NCBI GenBank assembly: GCA_010093815.1
Contig: ML996579.1
Length of the DNA stretch: 64,000 nt
Strand: one strand, 5' to 3'
Source: Pseudovirgaria hyperparasitica
Taxonomy: Eukaryota
Made by a program: the position numbers and the translations under genes. Position 1 is the first letter of the stretch; every line of letters starts with the position of its first letter. The notes under the pieces were generated by a model. That model did no database searches, had not been told where the DNA came from, and saw only the letters and a list, made by a program, of their open reading frames with translations. Shown piece after piece: positions 49,401 to 62,141 of this stretch.

Positions 49401-51966
49401 GCGAACCCTGCCGAGTACCTGTCGAGCTTAGGGAGGACGAGGTCTTCGATGGGGAGAGCCCTTCTTGCGCGTATTGCCACACGTATACATATCTATCCCG
49501 CATGCACTGTCTAAGAAGCGAGAGTCTTAATAAGGACAAGAAAGACCCGGACTACAAGCCTACCTACGTCTGTCTCATACACGCGGGAGCATATGAATGT
49601 TGCGACATGAAAGAGGAGGAACGCTTCCTTGGTATTCAACATGCGATCATCCACCGCTCAACAAACGAATCGCTACAGTCCGTCGTGGATAAGGTCACAG
49701 AGAAGGCTCATTTGCCAGAAGCATGGGCCGAGAAACTCGACAAGTTTGTCGAAGATGAACCGAAACCCTCATTGAAGGGTCTGAAATCGCTACTTGCAGA
49801 AGGCGAGAAGATCCAATGGGACCTTGAACCGCGGCTTTCTGACTTACGCAGATCTGTCGATCGATATAACGAATGGGTCGAAGAAGCCATGGGATATATT
49901 ACCCGGCGACAGCAAAACCGCCGCAAGAACGACCGCGTCTGGCGTAAAGGCAACTCCTCCAAAGCTGCCGAAGAAGAACGAGAACGCGAGCGCGACTATC
50001 GAAATATCAAAAACATTACCCGGCTTCTGGAGCAAGCAGAAGAACTCTCATTCGAGTGTCCTGAAATCACAACCCTCAAAGAGCGGGCAGAAAGTATCGC
50101 TGAGTTCCAAGTTAAGGCAAAGATTGCGCTGACTCAGCAGATGAGCCACAGCGGTGCACACTCACTCGATGAATTAGAAGAGCTCGTAGAGTTGGGAAGA
50201 GGCTTCAACGTCGATATCCCTGAGGTCGAAATGCTGGATAATCTTGTACAACAGTTCAAATGGGATAAAGAAGCACGAGAGAAGCATGAAATGCCCTTGA
50301 CTATGCAGCAAGTCGTCGATTTTCTGGTAGCAGGTCGCGAACTTGGAATACCTGAGACCAACGAGCACTACAGCTTTTACGAAGAGCAAAAACGTCAAGG
50401 AGAAATGTGGAACGCAAAAGCTCTAGAGCTCATCGAAGTCGAAACTGTTCACTACCAACAACTAGACGCCCTTGCCAAGCAAGCAAGGAATATACCAGTC
50501 ATCCCCGAGACGTTCAACAAAATCGATGCAATACTCAAGAAACAGCGCGAAGCACAGGAGCAGATCATTACGCTATACGAAAAAACAAGGAGTTCCGACG
50601 TCGCAGATCGTCCTACATATAAAGAGGTTTGCGAGGTCATGAGTGCTCTGAGTGAATTGAACAGCAAACCTCCCGGGACACTTGATTTGGAGAAGGAGCA
50701 GAAGCGCCACGAGGACTGGATGCGACGTGGCAAAAAGCTTTTCGGTAAAGCTAACGCGCCTTTGCACATCTTGCATTCCCACATGAAACTTGTTGAGGAG
50801 AAAAACCGAGCTTGCTTCGACATCGAAGACCAGCCTCGCGGCCCCGTTGAGCCTGCTTCCCGAGAGCAAACCCCTGTTGACGATCGAGACGAAGAAAGAG
50901 ATATTCGAGATGTGTTCTGCATCTGTCGGAAGTCGGAAGCCGGAATGATGATCGAGTGTGAATTATGTCATGAATGGTGAGTCTGATCACTCCCAGACGA
51001 TCGTGGATTCAGCTAACATATGCAAGGTATCATGGCAAGTGCCTCAAGATTGCACGAGGTAAGGTCAAAGAAGACGACAAGTATACTTGTCCCATCTGCG
51101 ACCACCGTGTGAAGATTCCACGTGATGCTGCGCGGCCTAAGCTGGAGGATCTCCAGCAATGGCAAGACGACATAGAGAATCTTCCGTTCCAGCCTGACGA
51201 GGAAGAAACCTTGGAAGCAATCATACAGCACGGCCAGAACTTCCGAAATTACGTGCAGAGGTATACCAATCCTACGGCGTTTACCTGGGATGAAGGTACA
51301 ATTTTGAGGTTTTACCTCAGGAAGCTCGAAGGCGCCGACATATTACTTGCTAGTGAGACAAATTACTTCCGCCAAGAGCTTCACAAGTTCTGTCCGGTTG
51401 CAGACAGGCCACCACCCATGATCGAAGTGTCTCTGTCTACTCGCAAACCACGACCAACAAAGCAGCAGAAGCTCATGGCCGAATATGGAGTCAACAGTCT
51501 TGAAGAATTGCCAGCACACGTCCGCCCCAAGGGTTCACAGCTCAAGCGAAAGCATAGTGATAGCTCAGGTTTTCGACAACATATGGAACCCGCAGAACCA
51601 TCGACGACGCCTCCCGGCATGCCACCGTCAATGGAAGCCAACACAACCAGCTATTTTGAAAATAGCCACAACCCCGCGGCGTCATCCTTTCACAATTCCC
51701 CTATCTTCACCTCAGCCTCGACTTTTAACGTGACATCTCCCGGTCCTTTCTCTGCCTCCAGGACTCTCCAAGGCGAGTCTGCCACTATGTTTGACAGCCC
51801 AAACGTTCCGTTCGGCAGCTCTGGCTCCGGTGGCCTCGAGAATATCTTCAACGACGACACTCACACTCAGATCGCCGATTCCACCACGTTGCAATTCGGC
51901 AGCGAGATGGACACCGTGGAGCGGACCAACGATGTAGACGAGTTCCTAGCCACTGGTGGGGACTGA
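46444..51966 (+). CDS. JARID1/KDM5 H3K4 demethylase (JmjN, ARID, PHD, JmjC, C5HC2, PLU-1, PHD; Lid2/KdmB-like), 5 introns
   Basis: JmjN APTYYPTEKEWEDPL, ARID PLDLYKLKKAV, PHD CEIC..CDDCEGGYHIKC, JmjC VEYGADI / FCWHAEDH / AYHSGFNHG, and a second PHD CICR..CELCHEWYHGKC. Confidence 0.96.
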
Positions 51967-52833
51967 GCAAATCCAACCCTATCCCCTGATCTCCTTCCAA
52001 CCCCGATCGCTGCTTTATGACTAATGCGCTTCTCTCTTCTTATAGTTGAACACGGCTATTATATGCCCTGACCCGATCAACCGCTGCTCCATTCTTTCGC
52101 TTCTATGTCATCATATATTACCAGCATGCAGCGCCATCACATGTAATGGCCGGCGCCAGCCAGGCGTATCAAACCTGCCAAGATTCTCACGATCGAGAGT
52201 GGTTCTCCATAAGGCGTTTTCTAGGGTTTCCTTTCTTTTTTTCCGCGAGATTACAACTCTGCTCTCTCTCGCTTTGTCTGTATCGGCGCCTGCTGCTTCT
52301 CGCATGGTTCGGCGTGGAACTCATTCACCACCCCGCTTTGCATGAAGTGTGGGCTGGGCGGCTTTTCGTGTGCTTCTATAGCTTGCTTTCCTTTCTAGTA
52401 CTTCTGCTTTAATCGAGCGGGAGGCACTGTGTATGGGGTTTATCTTGAGAAGAAGAAAAGCATAGAAATGGTGCTACTTTCGCCTCTTTTGCTTGAACGG
52501 TGTGTGTATATTGTATTCTATTGTATGAGTCTGATGGCTGGTAATGCACGTTTTGATGTGAATAGGCAGGTTTGTCAAAAGTCGTGATCGGGTCGTGACC
52601 GGTTGTATGTATGAAATAGAGTTTTTTTTTCCCCATACATTTCAACAAACACGGGCGTCCTTTGCTGTCATACTACGTGCTGCTAAGCTAAATTATACTG
52701 ATCGACACCACATTTCAATCATCCTTTTGAACATCTTATCGTTCTCGTTTGCAGATATGATGAGATGTATGGCCTTACATTCATTACAACATCCTCATAC
52801 GTATCCTCATCCCAACTCCCTTCTCTGTCTGCT

Positions 52834-55676
52834 TCATAGCTCATCCTGCGTCTCTGCGACCGACACGGCAGACATGGCCGACATGGGCGAGATGCTGCCG
52901 ACATCGATCAGCTTCTCCGTCGTCGAGCTCTTGAGTCGCTTGCGCATGGGCGTCTTGAACGGCAGCTCGGCGATCCGCGCACTGCGCTTCCGCGTCGGTG
53001 TCTGGGCAACCTCGACGGGATGAGGCGTCTGTGAGCTTCGCAGCGATCCGCGCCCTGCGAGTTGTCGCACTGGCAAGGGCTGCTTCATCATTGAAGCTGG
53101 TGGTGGTGGTGGCGGATGCATGGCGATATGTGCCTGGGCCGAGGCTTCTGCTCCTGCTTCTGCTGTTGTCGATATTGGCGCTACTGGTACCTCCTGTGAG
53201 GTGGTCTCGGTATCTTGGGTCTCGGGAGGATGAAGATGAGGAGGGATTGATGGCTCGAACAGCGCCTGTTGCGCGGCTTTCTGGTCCACGGGGAGCTGTG
53301 TTGTGAGAAACGAGGCTTGGGCCGCTGTGTTTGGGGGTGGAGGGAGCTGGGTGGTATCTGTGATTGTTGGTATTTCTGCGTTGTTGTTGTGTGGCGGCAG
53401 GAGGTCGTACTGGGGGCAGCATCAGTGACCGGCTTATCTCGTGAAGGTAGTAACGAAAATGTGTGAACTTACATAGTGTGCGATTTTGGCGAGCGGGTCG
53501 AAGTACTGCTTAAGCATCCGCGACCGGGCGGGTTCTCGATCCACAATCATCATCTTGGGTTTGCCTGTTGCTGCGAAGCCGCGAGAGTGGCTGCCTGGGG
53601 TGTCGATGAAATAGCCCTCTCTGCGTAGGTGTTTCGTGACATGGCCGGTGGTTTGTAGGTCACAGTCTGGCGTTGGTTGTCAGCGTGGAATCTAACACAA
53701 AATCACTTGCGCTCGGCGTGGGACTTACTAAGGAGCTCGGAGAAGCTTTTGTCGTTCTGGTAGCCGAATTCTTCGACTAGAGCGAGAGCGCGTCGGAGTA
53801 ACGTTGTGTTTTTGAGATCTTGTAGTAGTGGTCCATCCCGGTCTTGAAGTAGGCATTGGTAGCAGACGTGGATCTTTGGTAATGTGGCGACGTCGCGGTG
53901 GCCGTAGCAAGATATGTGCTGCCATGTGTTGCAGAATTCGCAGTGTACCTGCGATTGTCAGCGATATGGTAATTCGGATTTCTTTTCACTGACCATCTCC
54001 CCTTGTTCCTTGTCCAGACCGCATTCGCAGCGAGCAACATCCTCACTCAAGTCTACCAGGGGAGATGAAGCGCTGTTCTGATGAGCCAATCGATCAGGCT
54101 GTGGCTTCTGTCGCTGCCTTAGAAAGTCCACTACGCCTTGTGATAGCTCATACTCAACTGCTTTCGCTATTGGAGCTGTATGAATCTTCCTGGGCGTGTT
54201 TGGAAGAGGTATATCGATTGGCTGTGTTTTATTAGTACCTTGGGACTGATCCACAGGATTAAGCTGTTCAATATATCGTCAGTGGACGAGCAGAGAGTCT
54301 TTAGTGATAGACCTACGATGCGATTGAAGTATCTCTTGGCCTCTAGAACACCTTGAGTGGCACTTTGCGTGTCCTCTTCTGGGATATGATCTTGTGCTCT
54401 GCCTAGATTTGGAAAAGAATCAGGAGCAACCTCGACTTGGTGTGGTCCTTCTGGATTCACTAGAGTGTCGGAGGTGACAACAGCAGACTCCGGGACGATC
54501 CGCTGATTCGCCTCCTCTGTGGATTGGTATAGACTGTCGACGAAAACAGTCGGTTCAGTCAGCGCGTCCGCACGAGAAACCTCGTAAGTATATGCTAGAC
54601 CAGTCGGGATCTTGTCCTCCGTCGAATTCCGGTCTTCATTTTCAGGATCCGAGACTCGGATGAGGTGCTTTACTTTGAGGTTAAGCCTGGAAGCACAGAG
54701 TATCAATAATGTCCGTCCTAAGATTGTGTCTAAATGACTCACGAGTAAAAGCCCACATCCAGAGACCCACAGTTTGAAACTTGTAATTTCCATTGCTCGC
54801 TCTCAGGGAAGCTCACAGTGTCTTTCGGTGACGGAACAAAGCCCGGCGGCTCATACTCTGGATCGCACTGCTCATTGTAGAATAAGTGCATTGTCAAGAA
54901 GCGTTGGCTTGGAAGGTTCGGTAGGGTGCCACAAAGTGCGACAAGCTGGCGAATGAGCTGTTGTAAGCCAGTCCTGGCACTCTTCACTGTGACAGGCTGA
55001 CCACGAGGTCCTTGAATCTCTAGGCCCGCGACGATCACTCCTTCGGAGGCAGACTCGATGTATTGAACCGTGAAGGTGTAAGTCTCGAGGGCCTTGGACG
55101 GATCATCTTGGTTTTCGAACACGTTCAATTGCATGCCTTTGAGGACACCAAGTCTCAGTGCATCAAACACGCCATGCTCCTGGTAGTAATGTGAATTAAA
55201 GCTTTGTATATGTGGAACATGAAGACCTACGAGCCACTCTAGAAGCTTATTCGCACCCTGATTTCGTCCTCGCTGTAAGACTTTCATGGAAGTTCCCCTG
55301 GAGCCTCTGCTTTTTGCCAGTACTGTCGGATCAGGTACAGAGCCGTCAGCAAAGGCACGATAGGAGAGGTATCTTGTGCGGTCATCGAATCGGTCATCAA
55401 AGCAGTCTTCAGTGAAGAAGCCGCGTAGATACGCAAGACAGCTGACCTAGAGGCGAAAATAAGTCAGCAACTGAATAGTAACTGAAGGAGCAAACATACT
55501 GAGCCAAGGAGTAGAGTCTGTACGGTCTCGGTGCTCTGCTCCTGTCGGATAATTTGCTCAACACTCGTCTGCGCTTCAGTATGAGTCTGAACAACAGGAC
55601 GATTTCTCGTCACAGTGGTAGTGTTTGTCTGTTTAGGTGCTGCGTTCTTACGCTTAGAGTAAGTCTTCGGTGGCAT
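52834..55676 (-). CDS. HOP1: Meiotic HORMA-domain axis protein Hop1 (HORMA + PHD + C-terminal region), multi-exon
   Basis: HORMA motifs VSCLAYLRGFFTEDCF, LLEWLEHGVFDAL, LETYTFT, LPNLPSQRFLTMHLFY and YEPPGF. The spliced PHD reads CECG..CEFCNTWQHISCYG..HVCYQC. Confidence 0.9.
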
Positions 55677-56296
55677 GGCAAGATATGGAGAAAGGAGAAA
55701 AACAGAGATTTAAAAGTGAACAAGGTAGAAATTGCAGACGAACAATGTAGCACCTTCAGAGCTAGTGGAAGGAAGAGCTCACACGTAGCTCACACGTTAT
55801 CACGTGAGGCTACTTTCGTATGCCTACGCTGGAAAGATTCGACCCGCATTGTACGAGACGATGCTCCAGGGATATGTACTCGAAACCGTCGTCTTGAAAG
55901 TTCGAATGTCCTGCTTGACACTATTGTAGGTTAGTCTGTATATTCTTGTGCTATGCGTGCTCATGAGCTCCAAACATCGTACTGACTCCTGAGGCACATT
56001 ACAGCCCATGCTAGCGATTGTGATACAGACATGTCGGGGCATACTTCAGAAGACACGTGTAAGTCTACTATGTGGCTGAAGATTTCAAAGAACTTCTCAC
56101 CAGTGTCAGACTCCAAAAGACAACATCGTTGATACTATGCCAAGGCGCGAAGTGATTTTACATAAGCAAGCCAAGGTGGAGAGTTCCAACTCCGCTCCGC
56201 TCTACCTAAAATTGTGCTATCGAACGACGAGATACGACTCTGCGTCTCACCGTAGAAGTACTTCGATTGCATGGGTATCGCGGACCTACTGCTACC

Positions 56297-58252
56297 ATGG
56301 CAGGCTACACATATTCCCCATTGCAAGACCCGAAGACGCAGATCAGGCTCCTCACATTGTTTCCTGGAGACTTCTCTGACCCAATCATCTTGAGTCTACA
56401 TACTGTATCTCTGACATTGACGAATAAGAACCACTATGAAGCTCTTTCATACGTATGGGGGTCGTCCACAGAGACGAGGACAATCTTTCTGAGGCTGTCA
56501 GACGAGTCACAAGACTCAGCTGAACCCAACATGGATTCTGCACCCTTTGAAGCTACGCTAAACCTTGAATCGGCATTGAAGCACCTCAGACAGATGAAAC
56601 AGCCACGGAAGCTATGGGTGGATGCTTTGTGTATCAATCAGAAGGACGATGTCGAGAAGGGTTATCAGGTAGCTATAATGGCTGATATTTATCGCGATGC
56701 GAAAGTTGTGCTCTGGCTTGGTCCTGAGGAAAATGACAGCAAACATGCGATGAGCCTGATGGCAAACATGGGAGAGCAGATCAAAGTAGACTGGCACACT
56801 TGTCTTCCTGAAGAGGACTCTTTGGCAAGAGTAAACCTCTCATGGACAGATGATAAGTCATCCGGCCCCCATTGTGAGCGGGACTTCCTCGCCATCCACC
56901 ACTTACTGACTCGGCCGTATTTCAACCGGCTGTGGATAAGACAAGAAGTCTTTCTATCCGGTCCCCAGTCAATTTTAGTCTGTGGCCATGATGCATTGTC
57001 CTGGGACTGCTATGGCGCAGCAACGATCGTCATGAGGGTAAAGTTCAAGCACGCACTAGAGCAAGGTGAATTTTTTCCGGAAGCTTTACAAGATCCATGT
57101 TGGCAAAGTATCGCCATCTGCAACAGACTCGAGTATGATTCCATGGATTTGGCTTTGGAAGACGCTCAGACGGCTAATTGTTATGACCCACGAGATCGCA
57201 TCTACGCCAACTTCTTCGCAAGTGCGGATCTGCGCAGGATCATCAATCCTGACTACACAAAGACTATGGAAGAGGTGTATATAGATGCTACTCGGCGTAT
57301 GATAGCTCTATACGGCGATTTTAGAATACTGTCTCATTGTGATTCGAGATATCACCGATCCGGGCTGCCTAGCTGGGCTCGAAATTGGCAACATGGATAT
57401 GGCGTACATTCAAGTAGGATTGGACAATGTCCAAATTGGGCCGGTGGAGTGACTCGAGCTGAGGCATGGTATGCGTCGGACCAAGAATGCTATGGTATGA
57501 GCACACATAGTGTTTTCGCAGAAACGGTATGTCATGTTTGGCCTGTGGTGAGGAACGACAGTCATTCGAGTGTCACCTTCTCAGGTCTACCATCGATTGG
57601 TTTTCTGTTATCAAAAGCCGCAGAGTCGGGTCGCTCGTACACTGTGGAACAATTATTGGTATCGCTTTGTTGTGTGCTTTTCAGCAACAAGTTCGGTGAG
57701 CGCTTTCAGCCACCGTTGTCACATTTCGCAAGCTTCACGGAGACCACAGAAGCTTTCGTACGATCCTGGTCGAAGAACCTTAACAAGCCGTTGGTCTTCA
57801 ACGACACCTCGATTCCTGTCTTGGGAAGTATACCGCTTGTGTCCACTCGATGTTTGTTTATGAATTCGTCCGGTAATTTGGGTCTGGGGCCACTGGAGAC
57901 TAAACAAGGCGATTCAGTAGCCGTGCTTGTCGGAGGGGCCACACCATTCGTCGTCAGACCTAGGAACCACTTCTGGATATTGATCGGAGAGTGTTTCGTT
58001 GACGGTTTAATGTACGGCGAGGTCCTCTTCGGACCCATTCCTTCCTCAATTGAGCCTGTACTGACAGGTAACACATTTCAGAACCCTTCGTACAGAGACA
58101 TGATTACAGGAAGGATAGTGGAAGATCCTAGAGTATCCATGCTGTTAGAAAAGCTGCCCGTCGAAGAGAGAAAACAAATAGAAGGGCAGAAGCTCTCCGC
58201 AGATGTCCTGAAAAGGATGGGCGTTCAGTTACAGAAGATCACATTAGCGTGA
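56297..58252 (+). CDS. Heterokaryon incompatibility (HET-domain, het-6-like) protein, intronless
   Basis: IRLLTLFPG, YEALSYVWG, LWVDALCINQ, QVAIMADIY, YFNRLWIRQEV, DPRDRIYA, LPSW and IGECFVDGLMYGE. Confidence 0.93.
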   Translation: MAGYTYSPLQDPKTQIRLLTLFPGDFSDPIILSLHTVSLTLTNKNHYEALSYVWGSSTETRTIFLRLSDESQDSAEPNMDSAPFEATLNLESALKHLRQMKQPRKLWVDALCINQKDDVEKGYQVAIMADIYRDAKVVLWLGPEENDSKHAMSLMANMGEQIKVDWHTCLPEEDSLARVNLSWTDDKSSGPHCERDFLAIHHLLTRPYFNRLWIRQEVFLSGPQSILVCGHDALSWDCYGAATIVMRVKFKHALEQGEFFPEALQDPCWQSIAICNRLEYDSMDLALEDAQTANCYDPRDRIYANFFASADLRRIINPDYTKTMEEVYIDATRRMIALYGDFRILSHCDSRYHRSGLPSWARNWQHGYGVHSSRIGQCPNWAGGVTRAEAWYASDQECYGMSTHSVFAETVCHVWPVVRNDSHSSVTFSGLPSIGFLLSKAAESGRSYTVEQLLVSLCCVLFSNKFGERFQPPLSHFASFTETTEAFVRSWSKNLNKPLVFNDTSIPVLGSIPLVSTRCLFMNSSGNLGLGPLETKQGDSVAVLVGGATPFVVRPRNHFWILIGECFVDGLMYGEVLFGPIPSSIEPVLTGNTFQNPSYRDMITGRIVEDPRVSMLLEKLPVEERKQIEGQKLSADVLKRMGVQLQKITLA

Positions 58253-58435
58253 AGTCCTTTCGAAAATGAAATGGGCTCTCTGCTTTTTAGCATCAAGGAT
58301 CCGGGATTCTACCATCTTGATATGATAGAAACTTGCAGTCTGAATACTCGTTGTTATTCCATGAATCAACCATAACCAACGCCGCGCAATGCCTAGATAT
58401 AGCCTTATATCCTATCCAAAGGTAGAGCAAGTACT

Positions 58436-60404
58436 CTATTCCTCGTCAGTATCGACCATCATACTTTCCCCACCCATCATACTTTCCCCACCCATCATGC
58501 TTGTAGAATCCCCAAAGTCCGTCCGTGACTGGCGGCGGTCTCGGAAGCCTATGCTGCTAGTTGAATCGCGGGGGGCTTTACCCTTCACTTTCCTCCGCCT
58601 CTGTAAATCAAGTTTCCGCTGGCCTAGTCGCTGCTCATATGCTTCCTCTTCAGATTCGCCCATGATGGACGATTGCTCATTAGCTTCTAGAGCCTTACTT
58701 AGAAGCTCTGTCGCAATGGGATCCTGTGGACTAATCGCGAGTGCTTCATGAAATGCGATGACAGCTTCCCAGGGCTCGTTCATCTCTAAGAGAACAAGAC
58801 CTTTCGCACAGAAAACACCTGCATCTTTCCCGCCTTGTCGTAGCACCTCTTCAAACTGAATGAGAGCTTCGTTGAGTTCGCCTAGTCGCCGGTATGCGTG
58901 TCCAAGGTTCGCTCGAGTCGCCACCCATGCGCGAGGATCAGAGTCTATGTCTGCTGCTGTCGTTAAAGCCAGCGTGAATATTTGAACGGCCTCTGCTAGA
59001 TGTTCTTTGTGATAGAATACCACACCCATCTCATTCAGCAAAAGTGGATCGGTCTTACAAAGACTATAGGCAGTGTTGAGATATTCATGGGCGAGAGGCA
59101 TGTTATTAAGCTGGAGATTTTGCATTCCAAGATACAGTTGAGGAAGGTGGGTGCCCTGGAACAATCTCGCAGCAGTCGAGTAGGCTGATATAGCCTGGTC
59201 GTGTTCTCCCTCAGCTGCGAATGTGTGCGCAAATCCAATCCAAGCCGGCCCAAAATGAGGATCCATCATTGACGCCTTCGAGAAGAAGCGTCGCGCCTCT
59301 GCAATGCGATTAATTGTAAGGTAGTAAACTCCAACCGCAAGCCAAGCGCATGGCTCTTCTGGGTGGTTATCTGCCAGATCGTGAGACAGTAGAAACAGTG
59401 TGTTCTTTTCGTTCAATTCGTGCAAACATGCCAGATGTACGGGGTAAGTCTTGAAGTTATAGCGGTCCCGTTCGAGAATCACCTCTGTAAGAGCCAGCGC
59501 ATCCTTGAAACGACATTGTGTAAAGAGTAGCTCTGCCTTAGCGAGCAAGATATCCGGATTGGCAGACAGATTATAGTGCGTGGACAAAGTTTCGGTCGCA
59601 GCCGAGAAGTCATCTGCATGCTCGTATTTCGACAGCCTTGTCGTGTATAACATCTTGGTGAACTCTGCAGCTTCTTGCGACACAGAAGCACTATCTCCTA
59701 CAACGGCCTCGAAGTTCAGTGATTCCAAAAACTTCCATTCTTCGTCTGGGGACATCAGTGAGTTCTTCATCAACTGATCGAAAGCTTCAAAACACTGAAC
59801 ATCTATGCGGACAGCATCCTTGTAACATTCCTTCGCTCGGTCGAAGGCGTTCTGCTTCGCATAGCAGACTCCTCTAAGATAACACATCGCCGCTTCGAAG
59901 CGTATTTTGGTCATATCCTCCTTGTCCCTGTCTTCACTTCGATCGATTCGATCGGGGAGCCGTGAGGCGTATTTGTGACCTTTAGAAAGCATAGACCTCG
60001 CGTTGCCGTCAACATGCTGCAACTTCCGGCGTGCGCTATCTGGCGTCTTGATAAGATGTGTAGGATTCTTCTCGCCCAGTATGGCCAAAGCATCCTCGAA
60101 TTTACCCTGCTTGACGTGGCAATGGGCTGCTAGGTATTGACATGAAGGGTTGCTGGTGATGAGATTGCCCCGAGAGAGGAAGTTTTGAGCCCTTGTATAG
60201 TTCCCGGTCTGAAAATGTACTTGCGCAAGCCAGAAAGCATCGGTGTCGTTGTCTATAGGCTTTGTCAGTCAGTTGGTGAGGCAGCGACGTGCTTGTGGTA
60301 TATGTACTGGTCAATGCAAGGAGTTTGTCGCCAATAAATATGGCAGACTCGTATTGATGCTTGTCGAGAGCATCTTTCCTCCAGTCTCGCAAGAACCTCT
60401 CCAT
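58436..60404 (-). CDS. CDC16: Anaphase-promoting complex TPR subunit Cdc16/Cut9/Apc6, 1 intron
   Basis: WRKDALDKHQYESAIFIGDK, DVQCFEAF, AWIGFAHTFAAEGEHDQAISAYSTAARLFQGTHLP and TPR repeats. Confidence 0.96.
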
Positions 60405-60842
60405 TCTCATACTCCGGAATTTGGGCACTTAAAAGGTCAAGTAGAAAGACGAAGGTATTGGAAGAGGAATTTGGAGAAATTCCAGGCCATCACTGTGGTT
60501 CTAGTGCGGCCAGGTCATGGTATAGAAGCGATAAGTGACCTAGACCGTAAAGAGCGACGTTGTTAGTACATCAATGATGGCGCATCGTTCTTGAGACATG
60601 TAAACAGACAGGATGGGCGCACGCGATTTGACGTGTGTGCTAGCGTACTAAGTGTGGCGCGCCAGAGTGGCGGCGGGGCAGGGATGCACTCGGGATACAT
60701 GGGATCTGATGCTACCTACTAATTAGGCTTACACTTCAAAGTTCGCCTTCTCAACTTCTTAACTTCCACCACACCCTCGCCACTATTACCTCCAGCACTC
60801 CTAAACACAAAAAAAAGAACATTCCGCCCATTAGCATTTATC

Positions 60843-61646
60843 ATGTCGGAACGTAAGGTGCTCTCTAAGTACTACCCTCCAGATTTCGATCCTTCTCAAA
60901 TCACGCGGTCGAAGAAACCTAAGGATGCTGGCCCAAAAGTACAAACTGTACGCCTCATGGCCCCATTCTCCATGAAATGTACATCTTGCGGCGAATTTAT
61001 CTACAAAGGTCGAAAGTTCAACGCGCGGAAAGAGACCACAGACGAGAAATACTATGCCATTACTATATTTCGTTTCTATATCCGATGTACAAGATGTAGC
61101 TCCGAGATCACATTCAAAACAGACCCCAAGAACATGGACTATACCTGCGAGAAGGGTGCTAAGAGGAACTTCGAGCCTTGGAGAGAGGCTAAACTCAATG
61201 AAGAGACCGAGGAAGAAAGGCTGGACCGTTTAGAGAGGGAAGAAGCCGAAAAAGATGCTATGGCAGAGCTGGAATTGAAGACCATCGATGCGAAGACTGA
61301 GATGGCTATCGCCGATGCGCTCGACGAGATTAGGACACGGAACGCGCGACTAGAGAGAGCAGACAAGGATGGAGAGGCCACGGTACAGCAAGATCCAGAG
61401 AGCGAGAAATTAGAAGCGCAAGAAAGGGAAGATGCAGAAATCGCACGGAGGGCATTCGAGAAGCGTATTGAAGAAGAAATATCGACCGAGGTCGGTGTCG
61501 GCGGAGCACATTCATCTACCACCACAGCTCAAGCAGACAGCGCTGCTATGCCACCGCCACCGCCGCCAACTTTCAAACGCGCTCCGAAGAAGAAGAAAGA
61601 TTTCGGGGCCGCATTGGGCATCAAGCGCAAACCTGGGTTGGTCTAA
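60843..61646 (+). CDS. YJU2: Splicing factor Yju2/Cwc16
   Basis: MSERKVLSKYYPPDFDPS, VRLMAPFSMKCTSCGEFIYKGRKFNARKE and CTRC..FKTDPKN. Confidence 0.97.
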   Translation: MSERKVLSKYYPPDFDPSQITRSKKPKDAGPKVQTVRLMAPFSMKCTSCGEFIYKGRKFNARKETTDEKYYAITIFRFYIRCTRCSSEITFKTDPKNMDYTCEKGAKRNFEPWREAKLNEETEEERLDRLEREEAEKDAMAELELKTIDAKTEMAIADALDEIRTRNARLERADKDGEATVQQDPESEKLEAQEREDAEIARRAFEKRIEEEISTEVGVGGAHSSTTTAQADSAAMPPPPPPTFKRAPKKKKDFGAALGIKRKPGLV

Positions 61647-62141
61647 GAGTTGAGATCCTTTATTTTATGTATATTAGCCAGCGCCTTGTTCAAGATACCA
61701 TTTCCGTTTCAATGTTCCGACTCCAGAGTAACGGCCTCCGTTAGGAGTATAGCCATAAAGGATACAATAGATCAAGCAATTCCGAGAGAATCAGACGGTC
61801 GACCCAGTCAGTGCATGGCACCTCCTATAGGTCATCACGACCATCCAGTGTGAAACGGATGTTGATATGGCTACACTATTTCCACAAAAAAGTAGACCGG
61901 CGACCCTTCGGACCGGCTTACAGAAGTACCCGGGCGGAATAGCAATTGGCGTATATCTCGATAGCATTCAAGGCGAACACAACGTTAAGACTTCAAAAGC
62001 ACCTACCAATATTATCCAATTTAGAACGAGCCTAAATCGAACAATATGCTAGTAAGACAATCCATTGCGACCTACTCACTATCGATCATCATAGCCTTAG
62101 CTGAAGCCTTCAACTACCAACATTCAGGGGTATCACAATCA

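Noticed and set aside
52834..58252. HORMA plus TIR-like HET pair as a CBASS-like immune module
   Set aside because: The HORMA gene is a canonical meiotic Hop1, and there is no cyclase or Trip13/Pch2 partner in the window.
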